Assembly: GCA_951406725.2 (NCBI GenBank)
Contig: OX597826.1
Coordinates: 9,982,001-10,046,000 of the forward strand
From: Octopus vulgaris
Taxonomy: Eukaryota
Reading direction: 5' to 3'
DNA: 64,000 bases
The notes beneath the pieces are model-generated. The model saw only the letters and a list, made by a program, of their open reading frames with translations. It searched no databases and was not told the origin of the DNA. Below are positions 53,160 through 64,000 of the stretch, one piece after another (within the stretch, counting starts at the first letter, position 1; each line of letters begins with the position of its first letter). Position numbers and translations under genes: made by a program.

Positions 53160-54160
53160 TACAGTACTGTTTCTACTTGGCAGATTTTCACCTATCGCTA
53201 TTGGTGGTTGGAACGTAACGTCCGTGATAGTTGAGGGCTTACTGTATATTAGAAGTTTGGGATCAGAAGGATATGATGAGTGTGTGTATCCACCTCAGCA
53301 CCTCTGCATTCTTACAGATAGTAAGAAACTCTAGGGAGAGCTGAACAACAGAAGGCTTTCAGAGAAGAAGCTCCATTCCTACAAGTATTTCGGCCCTTAA
53401 CTTTTTATCCTCTAAAGAAACAGGCCCGCAATGGGTTGACGATTCCTAGATACTCCTCAGTGGCTACGTTTCGGGTTACTATCTGAATTGCACCTTTTTG
53501 GGTGGTCAAAATGTCTTGGATGACGTCACTACTTCGATATGAGACACCCTTCAACGTAGGGCAAATTATGCCTTTGGTGTTCACTTTCATTTCTCCTGAC
53601 CACATCAAGTTGGAGAAATTCTTAGCTGCTTCTGAAACTGCCTTAACAGCTCTTGTCTTCTTTCTCCCAGAAGTTGATGAAATTGAGGTGAGTACTATAT
53701 ACGGTCTCATAGCACCCCCGACGATTTCTAGGTGATTGTTTTTCCATTCAAGAAGGTCTGCGTTATGCTACCAGTCATCTACTCCGTCCATTATACCCTG
53801 CTTCCATGCTTTAACTGACACAGCTGTTTCAGGCCACAATCTCCTGCCCAGTAGAACATTGTTGGAGTTCTGGTAGCATCATCTTCCCTGTCACGATACA
53901 AATCACATTTAAGATTTCTCTAAGTACGTGATTGTACCTTTGCACGAGCTAAGAACATGTTTCACAGCTGGCTTGCCTTGGTAGAGTGAGCATGAAAGGT
54001 TATCGAATTTCCTCTACCTCATCAGATGTGTATTTGAAGGTATACAGATGTGAACATGAAGTTGACTTCAAGAGGGGTCATATGCTTACAAGAATAAATT
54101 ATGCTGCAATCTGAGTTTAACATTTTCGAGCTGGTCGCAAGAGGGGTTTTTTTCCCTTTT
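53160..54160 (-). mobile_element. Highly decayed LINE RT/C-terminal remnant (CR1/L2/Jockey-like)
   Basis: Weak residues resembling RT thumb (K..I.P.L...S....QK.AI.I) and WN.LP-like C-terminus; many stops. Confidence 0.4.
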
Positions 54161-54784
54161 TTGCTAATGTTATGCTTTACCGTTGTTTTAAACAGGAGGA
54201 CGTGCTTATTGTATTTCATGGTGTTTAAAAAAACACATTTTATTTTTTAAAAAAAAGCCTCAGAAAAATCACCCCTTGTTTTTGCATGCGAATTTAGGCC
54301 TCTCTTAAGCGTTAATGCACTAAAAACTTTTTTTCCTGAATCTGTATGCTGAAATTGAGATGTTCCCGTCTGACTTTTATGCCATCAAATACGGTATATC
54401 AGATAGCACAGAATGTTTATTAGGTGGAATTCTGATTTAAGTACCCTGTATAACCCCTGCGTAACTTTTTAATTTTGTCTTGGGAGTTTTGCGAATTTGT
54501 GTTCTACACACGGGAATTCACACGATTATGAAAAGAAAATTTGAAAAATTTTTTATCCCCTCCCCGCCCCAATTCTTCAAATCCCACTCTTTTTCGATTT
54601 TTAAAAAAAAATTAGAGTTTAAAATAGGGACGGTCTAAATTTTTTTGTTTGATACCAGCAATGGGTCGCCCTTGGATGCATCATCATTCCATTAAATGTG
54701 TTTATGGGGAGAAAGGATTGAAAACATCAGTACATGTCACTGACAAAGAAACGAGGAAGGTATCAGGTGGTCATGGGATGCGCT

Positions 54785-54904
54785 AAAAACACGCTCGCGG
54801 CATTACCACCGAGGATGGTGAGGCTAAGGGGTTGGAACAGCCAAGCACCCTCAAGTGCATCACCTAACAGCTCGATAAGGCAAGCCGCCAGTGATGACAA
54901 GAAC
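54785..54904 (-). mobile_element. CRE-like retrotransposon 3' fragment
   Basis: Close reverse complement of 55806-55922. Confidence 0.6.
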
Positions 54905-55599
54905 ATTTTTTAGAAGGGAATATCAACATCAACTACTGCTAAATCGCCCTTAAATCACACACAATTCTTTTTTTGTTATAATCGTATGAATTCCCGTGTG
55001 TAAAACACAAATTCGCAAAAATTTTCTGAAAAGTTAAAAAAAGTTATGAGGTGTGAGAAGGAGTGTCTAAATCAGAATTCCGCTTTTTATTGCTAAGATA
55101 GACAGGTGTGTGTGTCTTAGATTACGTAAGACGGAATATAAATTTAGGCGATGATGTTGTTTAACATAGCATTTCCACTCCGGCAAAAGTTTTCACGTGA
55201 CTTGGGTCTCTTTTATTAGTAATTTTATTACCAATCACTTTTGTAGGTGTGTTCTTCGACCACTAACTTTCGGTTTGATCAATCTTCAGCTTTCAATGTG
55301 TCTAGGACCATTATTCCTCCGATATCTGGTCGATCACTAATTGTCGTTTTTATGTCTATTTACTACTACAAGCCCTTGACTATGTGCAGGTGAATTCAAC
55401 TTGGAAATTTGTTTTCCTATTTTAGTGTGTGTGGTCACTAATTTAGAGTGAGTGTTCTGTGATTTAATGCATGAAGAGTATCTATGAGAGAATCCATTTC
55501 GGTGTCGTTTTAATAAGCGTGTATAAAGAATGTCAGAAAGGCAGTTCCCTTACAACGAAACATTGTAAACTTTATCACCTACACTATTATACACAATTA

Positions 55600-55922
55600 T
55601 TTGGGGGGAGCCTCCTCTGGAACGTCGCAATCTGTGACTCTTTTGCTCCCTCTCACATCCAGGATGCTGCGGTAAACGTGAGGGTCACTGCTTCCATAGC
55701 CGAACGGAACAAAATCTTCACGTAGCAGGACTTGTCAGTGTACCATTTTTTTACTAACCTGTGGCATTTGAAACGTTTGGAGGTGCCGGAGCGCTAACAG
55801 CCGAAGTTCTTGTCATCACTGGTGGCTTGCCTTATCGAGTTGTTAGGTGATGCTCTTGAGGGGTGCTTGGCTGTTCCAAGCCCTTAGCCTCACCATCGCC
55901 GGTGGTAATGCCACGAGCGTGT
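55600..55922 (+). mobile_element. CRE-like retrotransposon RLE-domain fragment
   Basis: GGSLLWNVAICDSFAPSH...ASIAERNK...PVAFETFGGAG...GNA resembles the CRE-clade L-x-W-D-x-T-x-x-D, AE..K..KY, P-x-A-x-E-T-x-G and RGNA pattern. Confidence 0.65.
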
Positions 55923-56796
55923 AAGCTTGCTTGTTGAATTGATATTTTTTTCTTTCTTCCTTTCTTCGCCACGTTTGTGTTTTCTTCGGTTTTTGATTTG
56001 TAATTTAATGTAGTTTAGTATTATATATTTATCATGTACATATGTGTTATGTATGCAATAAAGCATTCTTTCGTTAGCAGTACAGGAAAAATGAAAGTTT
56101 TTCTTGGGCAATTTCCGTAAAAATCTTTTATTTCTTTAATTTTTTCAGCTGGATCGCTTATATTTGTGTATTTTTTGTGTGTTATGTGTTTATGTATAAA
56201 TATTTGTGTATATAAGCACTGTATATGCATGTGCATTGTGTATATGTATACACAAATATATATGTATATATATATATATACACATATACATACATGCACA
56301 GAAACACATTATTTTCCCTCTTTTCTTTTAAATTTTTTCAATTGTGTTCTGTTTTGCCCAATTTTCTAATTTAATTTTGTAAAACAGTCTCCTAGGGTAC
56401 TTTCAAGAGTAGCCATCAAATAACCGCGAACATTTCACTGACGAACAATTTACATAGACAAATATACAGACACACACATAAACACACACACACAAAAAGT
56501 ACATAAAAACAAGCTGTTCAGAAAATTAAAAAATAAAATATTTTTAAGGAGATTGCCAAAGACAAACTTTCACTTTTCATGAACGGCTATAATAAAATAA
56601 TAAAATGGTTATATATAAGCATCCAACTATTAAGTTGACCGAGTTCTCGTAGTTACTTTTTTTAAAATCTTTTTTTCAACGTTGATTTTTATCTATTTAA
56701 TTAAAATACAAATCCTAAACAATAGTCGTGATTCTTCCATAATATAAAAGTTTTTACAAAAGAAAGACAAGGACAAATATGAAGAAAAAACAAAAA

Positions 56797-56998
56797 CTAT
56801 CTCTTCCAACCTGTGGCATTTGAGACTTTTGGAGGGACTGGGCCACTAACGGCGAAGTTCTTGTCATCGTTGTCAGTTCGCCTCACCGAAGTGATAGATA
56901 ATGCCCGTGAGGGCACTTGGCTTTTCCAATACTTTAGCCTTACAATCGTCCTTGGTAAGGCTGCGAGCGTGCTGCCTGGCATCAGTAGGTTCTGTTGA
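56797..56998 (+). mobile_element. CRE-like retrotransposon RLE-domain fragment
   Basis: FQPVAFETFGGTGPLTAKFLSSLSVRLTEVIDNAREGTWLFQYFSLTIVLGKAASVL. Confidence 0.65.
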
Positions 56999-57576
56999 AC
57001 CTTGTGGTGTGCGGCCAAAAGAAGCACTTGCTGCTACATTATTGTTTTTTTACTTCCCTTTTTTTCTCTCCCCCACTTTTCCTTATTATTTTTTTGTCTT
57101 TCTTTTGTAAAAACTTATATCATGGTAGAGTCATGACTATTGTTTAAGATTTGTGTTTTAATTAAATAAATAAGATCATCCAACTAACAGCAGAACAATT
57201 TTTTTGTAAGTACCCAGCATATATATACACCGGGCAATACTTTGAATTAGGAAGCATGCACTCGCGGTAAAAGTTTGCAGAAAGACATCCGATATTTTCG
57301 CAAATTAGTACAGCTTGCGGGAAAAGGAGTCACTAGAAAAGAATTGATTTGCAAGATATCAAACTACAAATTGATAAAAGATACTCAAACTGAATGAATA
57401 TTGTTGACAATATTTTAAATCGGTTTTAATACGAAAATGCACTCTCCGCGCCCTGTAAAAACTACTACGCCGACGTTACCCCCTTGATTTGAAACGAAGA
57501 AAATCATAGATTCTTTGAATTCAAAAGGTTTATTAAATGTATTTATATGGAGAATACAGTTATAAATATAAAAAAG

Positions 57577-57991
57577 GGATCTTTTCGGTTTGAACGGCAG
57601 TTTTTAACATAATTTCTAGGTAACTAAAAAATTTTAAACTTCGTATACTGGTAGAATGTGTTTATAAAACATCTTTTTCTCTTGGTTTTATTGAGAAAAT
57701 TCTATAGTTTGTAAGATATTTGTTGGGGTTTTTTTCTTCAATTTCTGCAATTTCAACCAATCACTGACGTCTATTGAGGTAGAAAAAACATTCTGTGCCG
57801 TATGAATATGTCCCTCGTTTAAGAAACAGATTGGGTTTATTTACATTTGTGAAGAAAAAAAGATACCATTCCCCCCACCCCTAACCCTAAAACAGATTGA
57901 AATGCAATAGATCGATACTAGGGTCATAATTATGGGTGACAATTTCATATGACACCGCTAGAAAAAACTGCCGTTCAAACCGAAAAGATCC
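57577..57991 (-). mobile_element. Merlin-like MITE
   Basis: Same TIR; perfect TSD TAAAAAAG. Confidence 0.85.
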
Positions 57992-58099
57992 TAAAAAAGT
58001 ATAAAACAAATGCAATAAAATAAATTAATATCCTCATTATGAAACATAAGGATTTTTTTAGAAACTTTTTCACTTCATGTTTTGAAGAAATGATGTTTC

Positions 58100-58260
58100 A
58101 TTTCTGTTACTTTGATGCCAGAGCAATTTGGATACAGTCTTCGGGGTCCAATCGATTACTCTGCTTCTTTTTATGTTCATTAAAATGGAAAATCCTTGTT
58201 TGAAAAGGCAGCAACTTTTTGACTGCCTCCTCATGCCAGAAGAAGAAAAGATAAATTTGG
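58100..58260 (-). mobile_element. hAT (Buster/Charlie-like) transposase C-terminal dimerisation remnant
   Basis: Across frames EAVKKLLPF / QGFSILMNIK / NRLDPEDCIQIAL. Confidence 0.6.
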
Positions 58261-58879
58261 ACATGTTACTGAAAAATTTCTGTTGGAACAAGGAACATTT
58301 TTTTTTATATAATTTTACTTTTGTCTAACGAGTCCTTATTAACCCCACGAATTTCATTTTTACCCCTCATGGGGTAATTTATCTGGGTTTGCCGACTCCT
58401 GAATTAAGGAATTATGCAGAACCTTTATTTTATTTACTTCATTTCTCTTGGGTTTTAAAAAAAATTTTTTACACTGGAGTGGCTGTGTAGTAAGTAACTT
58501 GTTTACCAACCACATGGTTCCGGGTTCAGTCCCACTGCGTGGCACCTTGAGCAAGTGTCTTCTACTATAGCCTTGGGCCAACCAAAGCCTTGTGAGTGGA
58601 TTTGGTAGATGGAAACTGAAAGAAGCCCGTCATATATATGTATATATATATATGCGTGTGTGAGTTTGTGTGTCTGTGTTTATCCCCCTAGCATCGCTTG
58701 ACAACTGATGCTGGTGTGTTTATGTCCCCGTTACTTAGCGGTTCGGCAAAAGAGATCGATAGAATAAGTACTGGGCTTACAAAAGAATAAGTCCCGGGGT
58801 CAAGTTGCTCGATTAAAGGCGGTGCTCCAGCATGGCTGCAGTCAAATGACTGAAACAAGTAAAAGAGAGAGTATGTAGT

Positions 58880-59710
58880 ATGGGTCTGTGCAGGCAATCC
58901 TAAAGTCTGAATTGAACATGTGGTGTGTCTCTGCCAAGTTTGTCCCCTGCCTGCTGACCACTGAACAGAAAGAACATTGCATCGAAGCCTGTCAAGATCT
59001 CCATCAGTGTGCTGCTGATGGCCCATCCTTCATGTCAAAGATCATCATCAGTGATGAGAGTTGGGTCTATAGGCACGACCCTTCGACAAAGCAGCTGTCA
59101 TCACAATGGAAAAGCCCTTCATCTCCACAACTGAAGAAGGCATGACAGAATCACAGCACAATGATGGTCATGCTCATCATTTTTGCACCTGTGTCGGTGG
59201 TACGTGTAAAAAGATTCAAGCGAGGTCATTGCCAGTACCCGCTGACTGGCCCCCATGCAGGTGGCACGTAAAAAGCACCCACTACACTCTCGGAGTGGTT
59301 GGCATTAGGAAGGGCATCCAGCTGTAGAAACTCTGCCAGATCAAGACTGGAGTCTGGTGCAGCCATCTGGTTGCCAGCCCTCAGTCAAAACCGTCCAACC
59401 CATGCAAGCATGGAAAACGGACATTAAATGATGATGATGAGTGGTATCATGCATTGAGAATTTGCCCCCCAGGGCCAGAGTGTCCATCGAAAGTTCTACC
59501 ACGACACTTTGAAGCATCGAAGAGAAGTGAAAACGACCAGATCTGTGAAGCACAAAGAACTGGATTCTTCATAACAATGCACCCTGCCACCGAGCTTTCC
59601 TCACTTGTGAGTTTCTTGCCAAAAACAACATGGTATTGCTTCCACACCCATCTGCAGACTTCCATCTCTTCCCCAAGATGAAAATGCAGTTTAAGGGTCA
59701 CTGTTTTAAC
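58880..59710 (+). mobile_element. Decayed mariner fragment interrupted by an RTE tail
   Basis: VSAKFVP.LLT.EQK...FMSKIIISDESWVY.HDP.TK..SSQWKSP. Confidence 0.8.
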
Positions 59711-60171
59711 ACTGTTGAGTAACGCTGTGATGGACTGGCATCCCATCCAGCTGGGTGGAACACATACACCACAGAAACTGAGAAACGGGCCCATGAATCT
59801 GGCTAGGCTTGAAAAGGGCAACGTTTATTGTTTTTTATATATATACATACATACACAAGAAGCTTCTTTCACTTTCCATGCACCAAATCCATTCACAAGG
59901 CTTTGGTCAGCCCAGGACTATAATAGAAGACACTTTTCTAAGGTTCCACACAGTGGGACTGAACCTAAAACCACGTGGTTGGGAAGCAAACTTCTTACTA
60001 CGCAATATAAGGCTGAGTTGTGTAGTAAGCATCCCCATCTTCCTACCTAATTAATTTTTAGTATCTTTAAATAATTTGTTTTCCGGTTTCTTTGCTTTAT
60101 ACTTTAGAAATTAAAATGTGTGTGAAAAGAAAAACATTCAGAAATTTAATTTTTTCGTTGTCAGTAATTTC

Positions 60172-60584
60172 GGATCTTTTCGGTTTGAACGACAGTTTTT
60201 TCTAGCGGTATCATATGAAATTGTCACCCATAATTATGACCCTAGTACCGATCTATTGCATTTCAATCTGTTTTAGGGTTAGGGTTAGGGGGAAGGGTAT
60301 CTTATTTTCTTCACAAATGTAAATAAACCCAATCTGTTTCTTAAACGAGGGACATATTCATACGGCACAGAATGTTTTTTACCTCAATAGAAGTCATTGA
60401 TTGGTTGAAATTGCAGAAAATGAAGAAAAAAAAACAACAAATATCTTACAAACTGTAGAATTTTCTCAATAAAGCCAAGAGAAAAAGATGTTTTATAAAC
60501 ACATTCTACCAGTATACGAAGTTTAAAATTTTTTAGTTACGTGGAAAATATTTTTAAAAACTGCTGCTCAAACCGAAAAGATCC
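60172..60584 (+). mobile_element. Merlin-like MITE
   Basis: Same TIR; TSD GTAATTTC/ATAATTTC; TTAGGGTTAGGGTTAGGG inside. Confidence 0.85.
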
Positions 60585-61126
60585 ATAATTTCTCCTCTCC
60601 TTGTAACTCTAACCCTTAACCCTCTATTCTTACTCTAAGCCCTAAATATCAAGTTCATGTATTTAGTGTTTGACATGACAAACATTAAAAAGAAAAACTA
60701 TAAAAATACCTTCAGTTTTACCCCATCGAAGTACACTTGCACTTTTTGACCTACAAAACACCTACTTATGATACAATAAGTACTTTCACTTACTTGGGAC
60801 CTGGAAACGAAGAAGTGGCTTCATTCCTTGGGGAAAGTAAGTCACTACAAATTGTAAACAAAAAAATGCTCATATTTGTTCAATAGTTTTTGGAAGGGAA
60901 GAAAACAGTTATCTATCTATCTATCTGATTGTCTGTCTAATTACCTACCTACACTCACACGTGCACACACACACATGCACACACACATACGCATGCACAC
61001 ACACACACACAGGTGCAGACAAAGCTCTGCAGCACTTAGGGCATTTTCTACTATAACCTTGGACTGATCAAAGCCTTGGCAGTGGATTTAGTAATGGGAA
61101 ACTTAAAGAAGCCCAACATACATATA

Positions 61127-61500
61127 GGCGCAGGAGTGGCTGTGTGGTAAGTAGCTTGCTTACCAACCACATGGTTCCGGGTCCAGTCCCACTGCGTGGC
61201 ACCTTGGGCAAGTGTCTTCTACTAGAGCCACGGGCCGACCAAAGCCTTGTGAGTGGATTTGGTAGACAGAAACTGAAAGAAGCCCGTCATATATATGTGT
61301 GTGTTTGTGTGTCTGTCTTTGTCCCCCCCAACATCGCTTGACAACCGATGCTGGTGTGTTTATGTTCCCGTTACTTAGCAGTTCAGCAAAAGAGACCGAT
61401 AGAATAAGTACTAGGCTTCTAAAGAATAAGTCCTGGGGTCGATTTGCTCGACTAAAGGTGGTGCTCCAGCATGGCAACAGTCAAATGACTGAAACAAGTA
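61127..61500 (+). mobile_element. tRNA-derived SINE family B (Meta-like domain); other copies ~28316-28720(+), 44555-44950(-), 47257-47660(-), 48230-48628(-), 58475-58870(+)
   Basis: GGCGCAGGAGTGGCTGTGTGGTAAG head, GCCTTGTGAGTGGATTTGGTAGAC core, GGTGCTCCAGCATGGC..CAGTCAAATGACTGAAACAAG tail. Confidence 0.85.
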
Positions 61501-62132
61501 AAAAAAAAAAAACATATCAGCATCATCAATCAACATCTGCTTTCCATGTTGGCATGAGTTGGATGGTTTGACAAGATCCAGTGAGCCATAGGGTTGCTTC
61601 ATGTTCCAATATCAGCTTCGGCCTGGTTTCTACTGTTAGATGCACTTTCTAATACCAACCACTTTACAGTGTGTACTAGGTGCTTTTTTCATGCAATGAC
61701 AAAGAATGGAACTAACAAATCATTTTTATACATCATTTACAATTGTTTCATCATTACTCAATATAATCAATCTTGCTTAATGCTGTAATCCTACCAGCAA
61801 CTGTTTATTAACTTGCATATGCTATCTAGGGACTTCTTTTATTATACATGAACATTTCCTTAGAACAATGCCTTAGAATTCTGTAAAGAATAATATGCAT
61901 ATAATTTTTATGGACTTCTGAGGAATCATGTTCCACATGCATTATAAACAAAATCTTACATAATGCATGAAAATTAATCAATAGTTGCTGGATTGGTTAC
62001 AGCATTATGTAAGATTGATTATATTGAATATTGATGAAATGAATGTAAATGAAGAATTAAAATGATTTAACTTCATTTTCTGATACTTGAAATGAAAGTA
62101 TTTATACATATGCATGTATCTATGTATATATT

Positions 62133-62185
<53 letters not shown>

Positions 62186-64000
62186 TTAGTTATTTATTAA
62201 AGTGGCGAGCTGACAGGATCATTAGCACGCCGGGTGAAATGCTTAGCAGTATTTCGTCTGCCATTACATTCTGAGTTCAAATTCCACTGAGGTCGACTTT
62301 GCCTTTCATCCTTTCAGGGTCGATTAAAAAGTATCAGTTATGCACTGGGGTTGATGTAATCAATTTAATCCCTCTGTTTGTCCTCTCTGTGTTTAGCCCC
62401 CTGTGGGTAATAAAGAAATATATACATATATATATATATATATTTAGACACACACATATATACACATATGTATATGTATACACATGCATACATATGTACA
62501 TATATACATAAAAACAAACATATTTTCTCACATATGTATATACATGTGTATATATGTACATATTCCTACTTCTATTTACTTAAATATATGAAAATATTTC
62601 CACAATATCTGTTCATACATGTAGGTAGATGTAGTTACATATATTTACTATAAGCTGTGCAGCAAAGTTTTATTGATTGCCATCAGCTTTCATGCTGGGA
62701 ATACTCTACGCTTTCATATAAAGAAAAGCTGATAATAAAGTTTATAAAAAAAGTGTTCGTTAAAGTTTCATGCAATTATGACAGACTCTACAATGAGTGA
62801 CAGGGAATGTTAGAGACATGAAAGCAAATATATAACAATGCATATAGGGAAAATGTAGAAAAGGATCAATACTGTAAAAAAAAAAAACCAAACCAATATG
62901 GCAGGGTTTGGATGAAGGTGATTGCTATTGATTACTTATAAAACTATATCTCCTTTGAGGGACTTTAAATAGTAGAGAGAGATGTCCCAATTAAAATGTA
63001 AGTAACAAAAGATATATATTGTATAGATCTTTCCTGTCATTAGCTATTAAGGTATGATGTATGAATGTTTTCTTAGTGATAAACATGCAAAAAGGTAGTT
63101 TTTAGTAAAGGGCAGAAGAAAAAAAGTTAAAGTGAAAAATACATTGCTTTAACATATTCGATTCATTAGTTCTGAGATCAATTCTGTGGTAGTCTTTATT
63201 AGATTTTTTTAATAGGTTATTGGGTCACTAATAAAGGATTTATATTCATATAGACTGAGTCAAGGGCAAATCAGATTTATGGAGCTTATCCCTGATCAGG
63301 GTATTGATTTCAGTCAGAGATTGTTAATAGGAGTAATTGAAGTGTAATAGTTCAATCAGAAATCAATTTTGCATTATAAAATTAGGTTTGTGGCTGCTTT
63401 CTGTCATCATAGGGTTCTTAGACTAAAAGGGACATGTCCTCTTACTCTTCATGGATTTTGGGGTCACTAAAAAAGTTCTCATAACATTTAACTATAGCCA
63501 AAAATTGTAGGAATAAGGAATAATGTCAAACCTCTGGAAAACTTATTTCTTTACTACCCACAAGGGGCTAAACACAGAGGGGACAAACAAAGGCAGACAA
63601 ACGGATTAAGTCGATTATATCGACCCCAGTGAGTAACTGGTACTTATTTAATCGACCCCGAAAGGATGAAAGGCAAAGTCGACCTTGGTGGAAGTTGAAC
63701 TCAGAACGTAGCGGCAGATGAAATACCGCTAAGCATTTCGCCCAGTGTGCTAACGTTTCTGCCAGCTCGCCGCTCTGGAATACTTGCCATGTACATATTT
63801 TTACTGTAGCTGTTGAATTTCATTGGCTGAGAATGAAGATTTTGCATACAGCATTCAGTACACCAATCTTTAGTTTAATTGTTCAAAAGGAACATTGACC
63901 ACCACCACCACTGTCATCATCATCAGAGCAGAACTTAGAACAAAAACAGTCTAGCTGTTGCAAACACATCTTCTTCTTGGGGTGGGGTTGGGGGCAGAGT

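Noticed and set aside
60710-60750. 41-nt AG/GT-bounded minus-strand frame GQKVQVYFDGVKLK
   Set aside because: No partner exons found; lies next to repeat-like sequence shared with 51481-51520

Overview
AT-rich, microsatellite- and transposon-dense animal genomic DNA; the SINE/RTE repertoire is typical of Octopus (inference). Two spliced housekeeping genes were reconstructed exon by exon and face each other: COA7 (SEL1-repeat cytochrome c oxidase assembly factor 7; + strand, 3 coding exons, 221 aa) and CMPK1 (UMP-CMP kinase; - strand, 6 coding exons, 192 aa from the conserved ATG, 5' exon not located). Introns and flanks hold a 5'-truncated RTE LINE with an open ORF and a PHD-like finger, CR1, CRE-like, mariner and hAT relics, Helitron, piggyBac and Merlin-like MITEs, four tRNA-derived SINE families and a 2.7-kb tandem duplication. 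The most notable signal is three unrelated non-coding elements, each carrying a type I hammerhead ribozyme motif with a palindromic minimal stem III (Penelope/retrozyme-like). One is a ~1.9-kb fold-back in CMPK1 intron 3 with an intact core in the gene's sense orientation and an unusually long stem II. The others are a short fold-back family and a tRNA-promoter plus hammerhead chimera. Most other ORFs in the supplied track are repeat artefacts.
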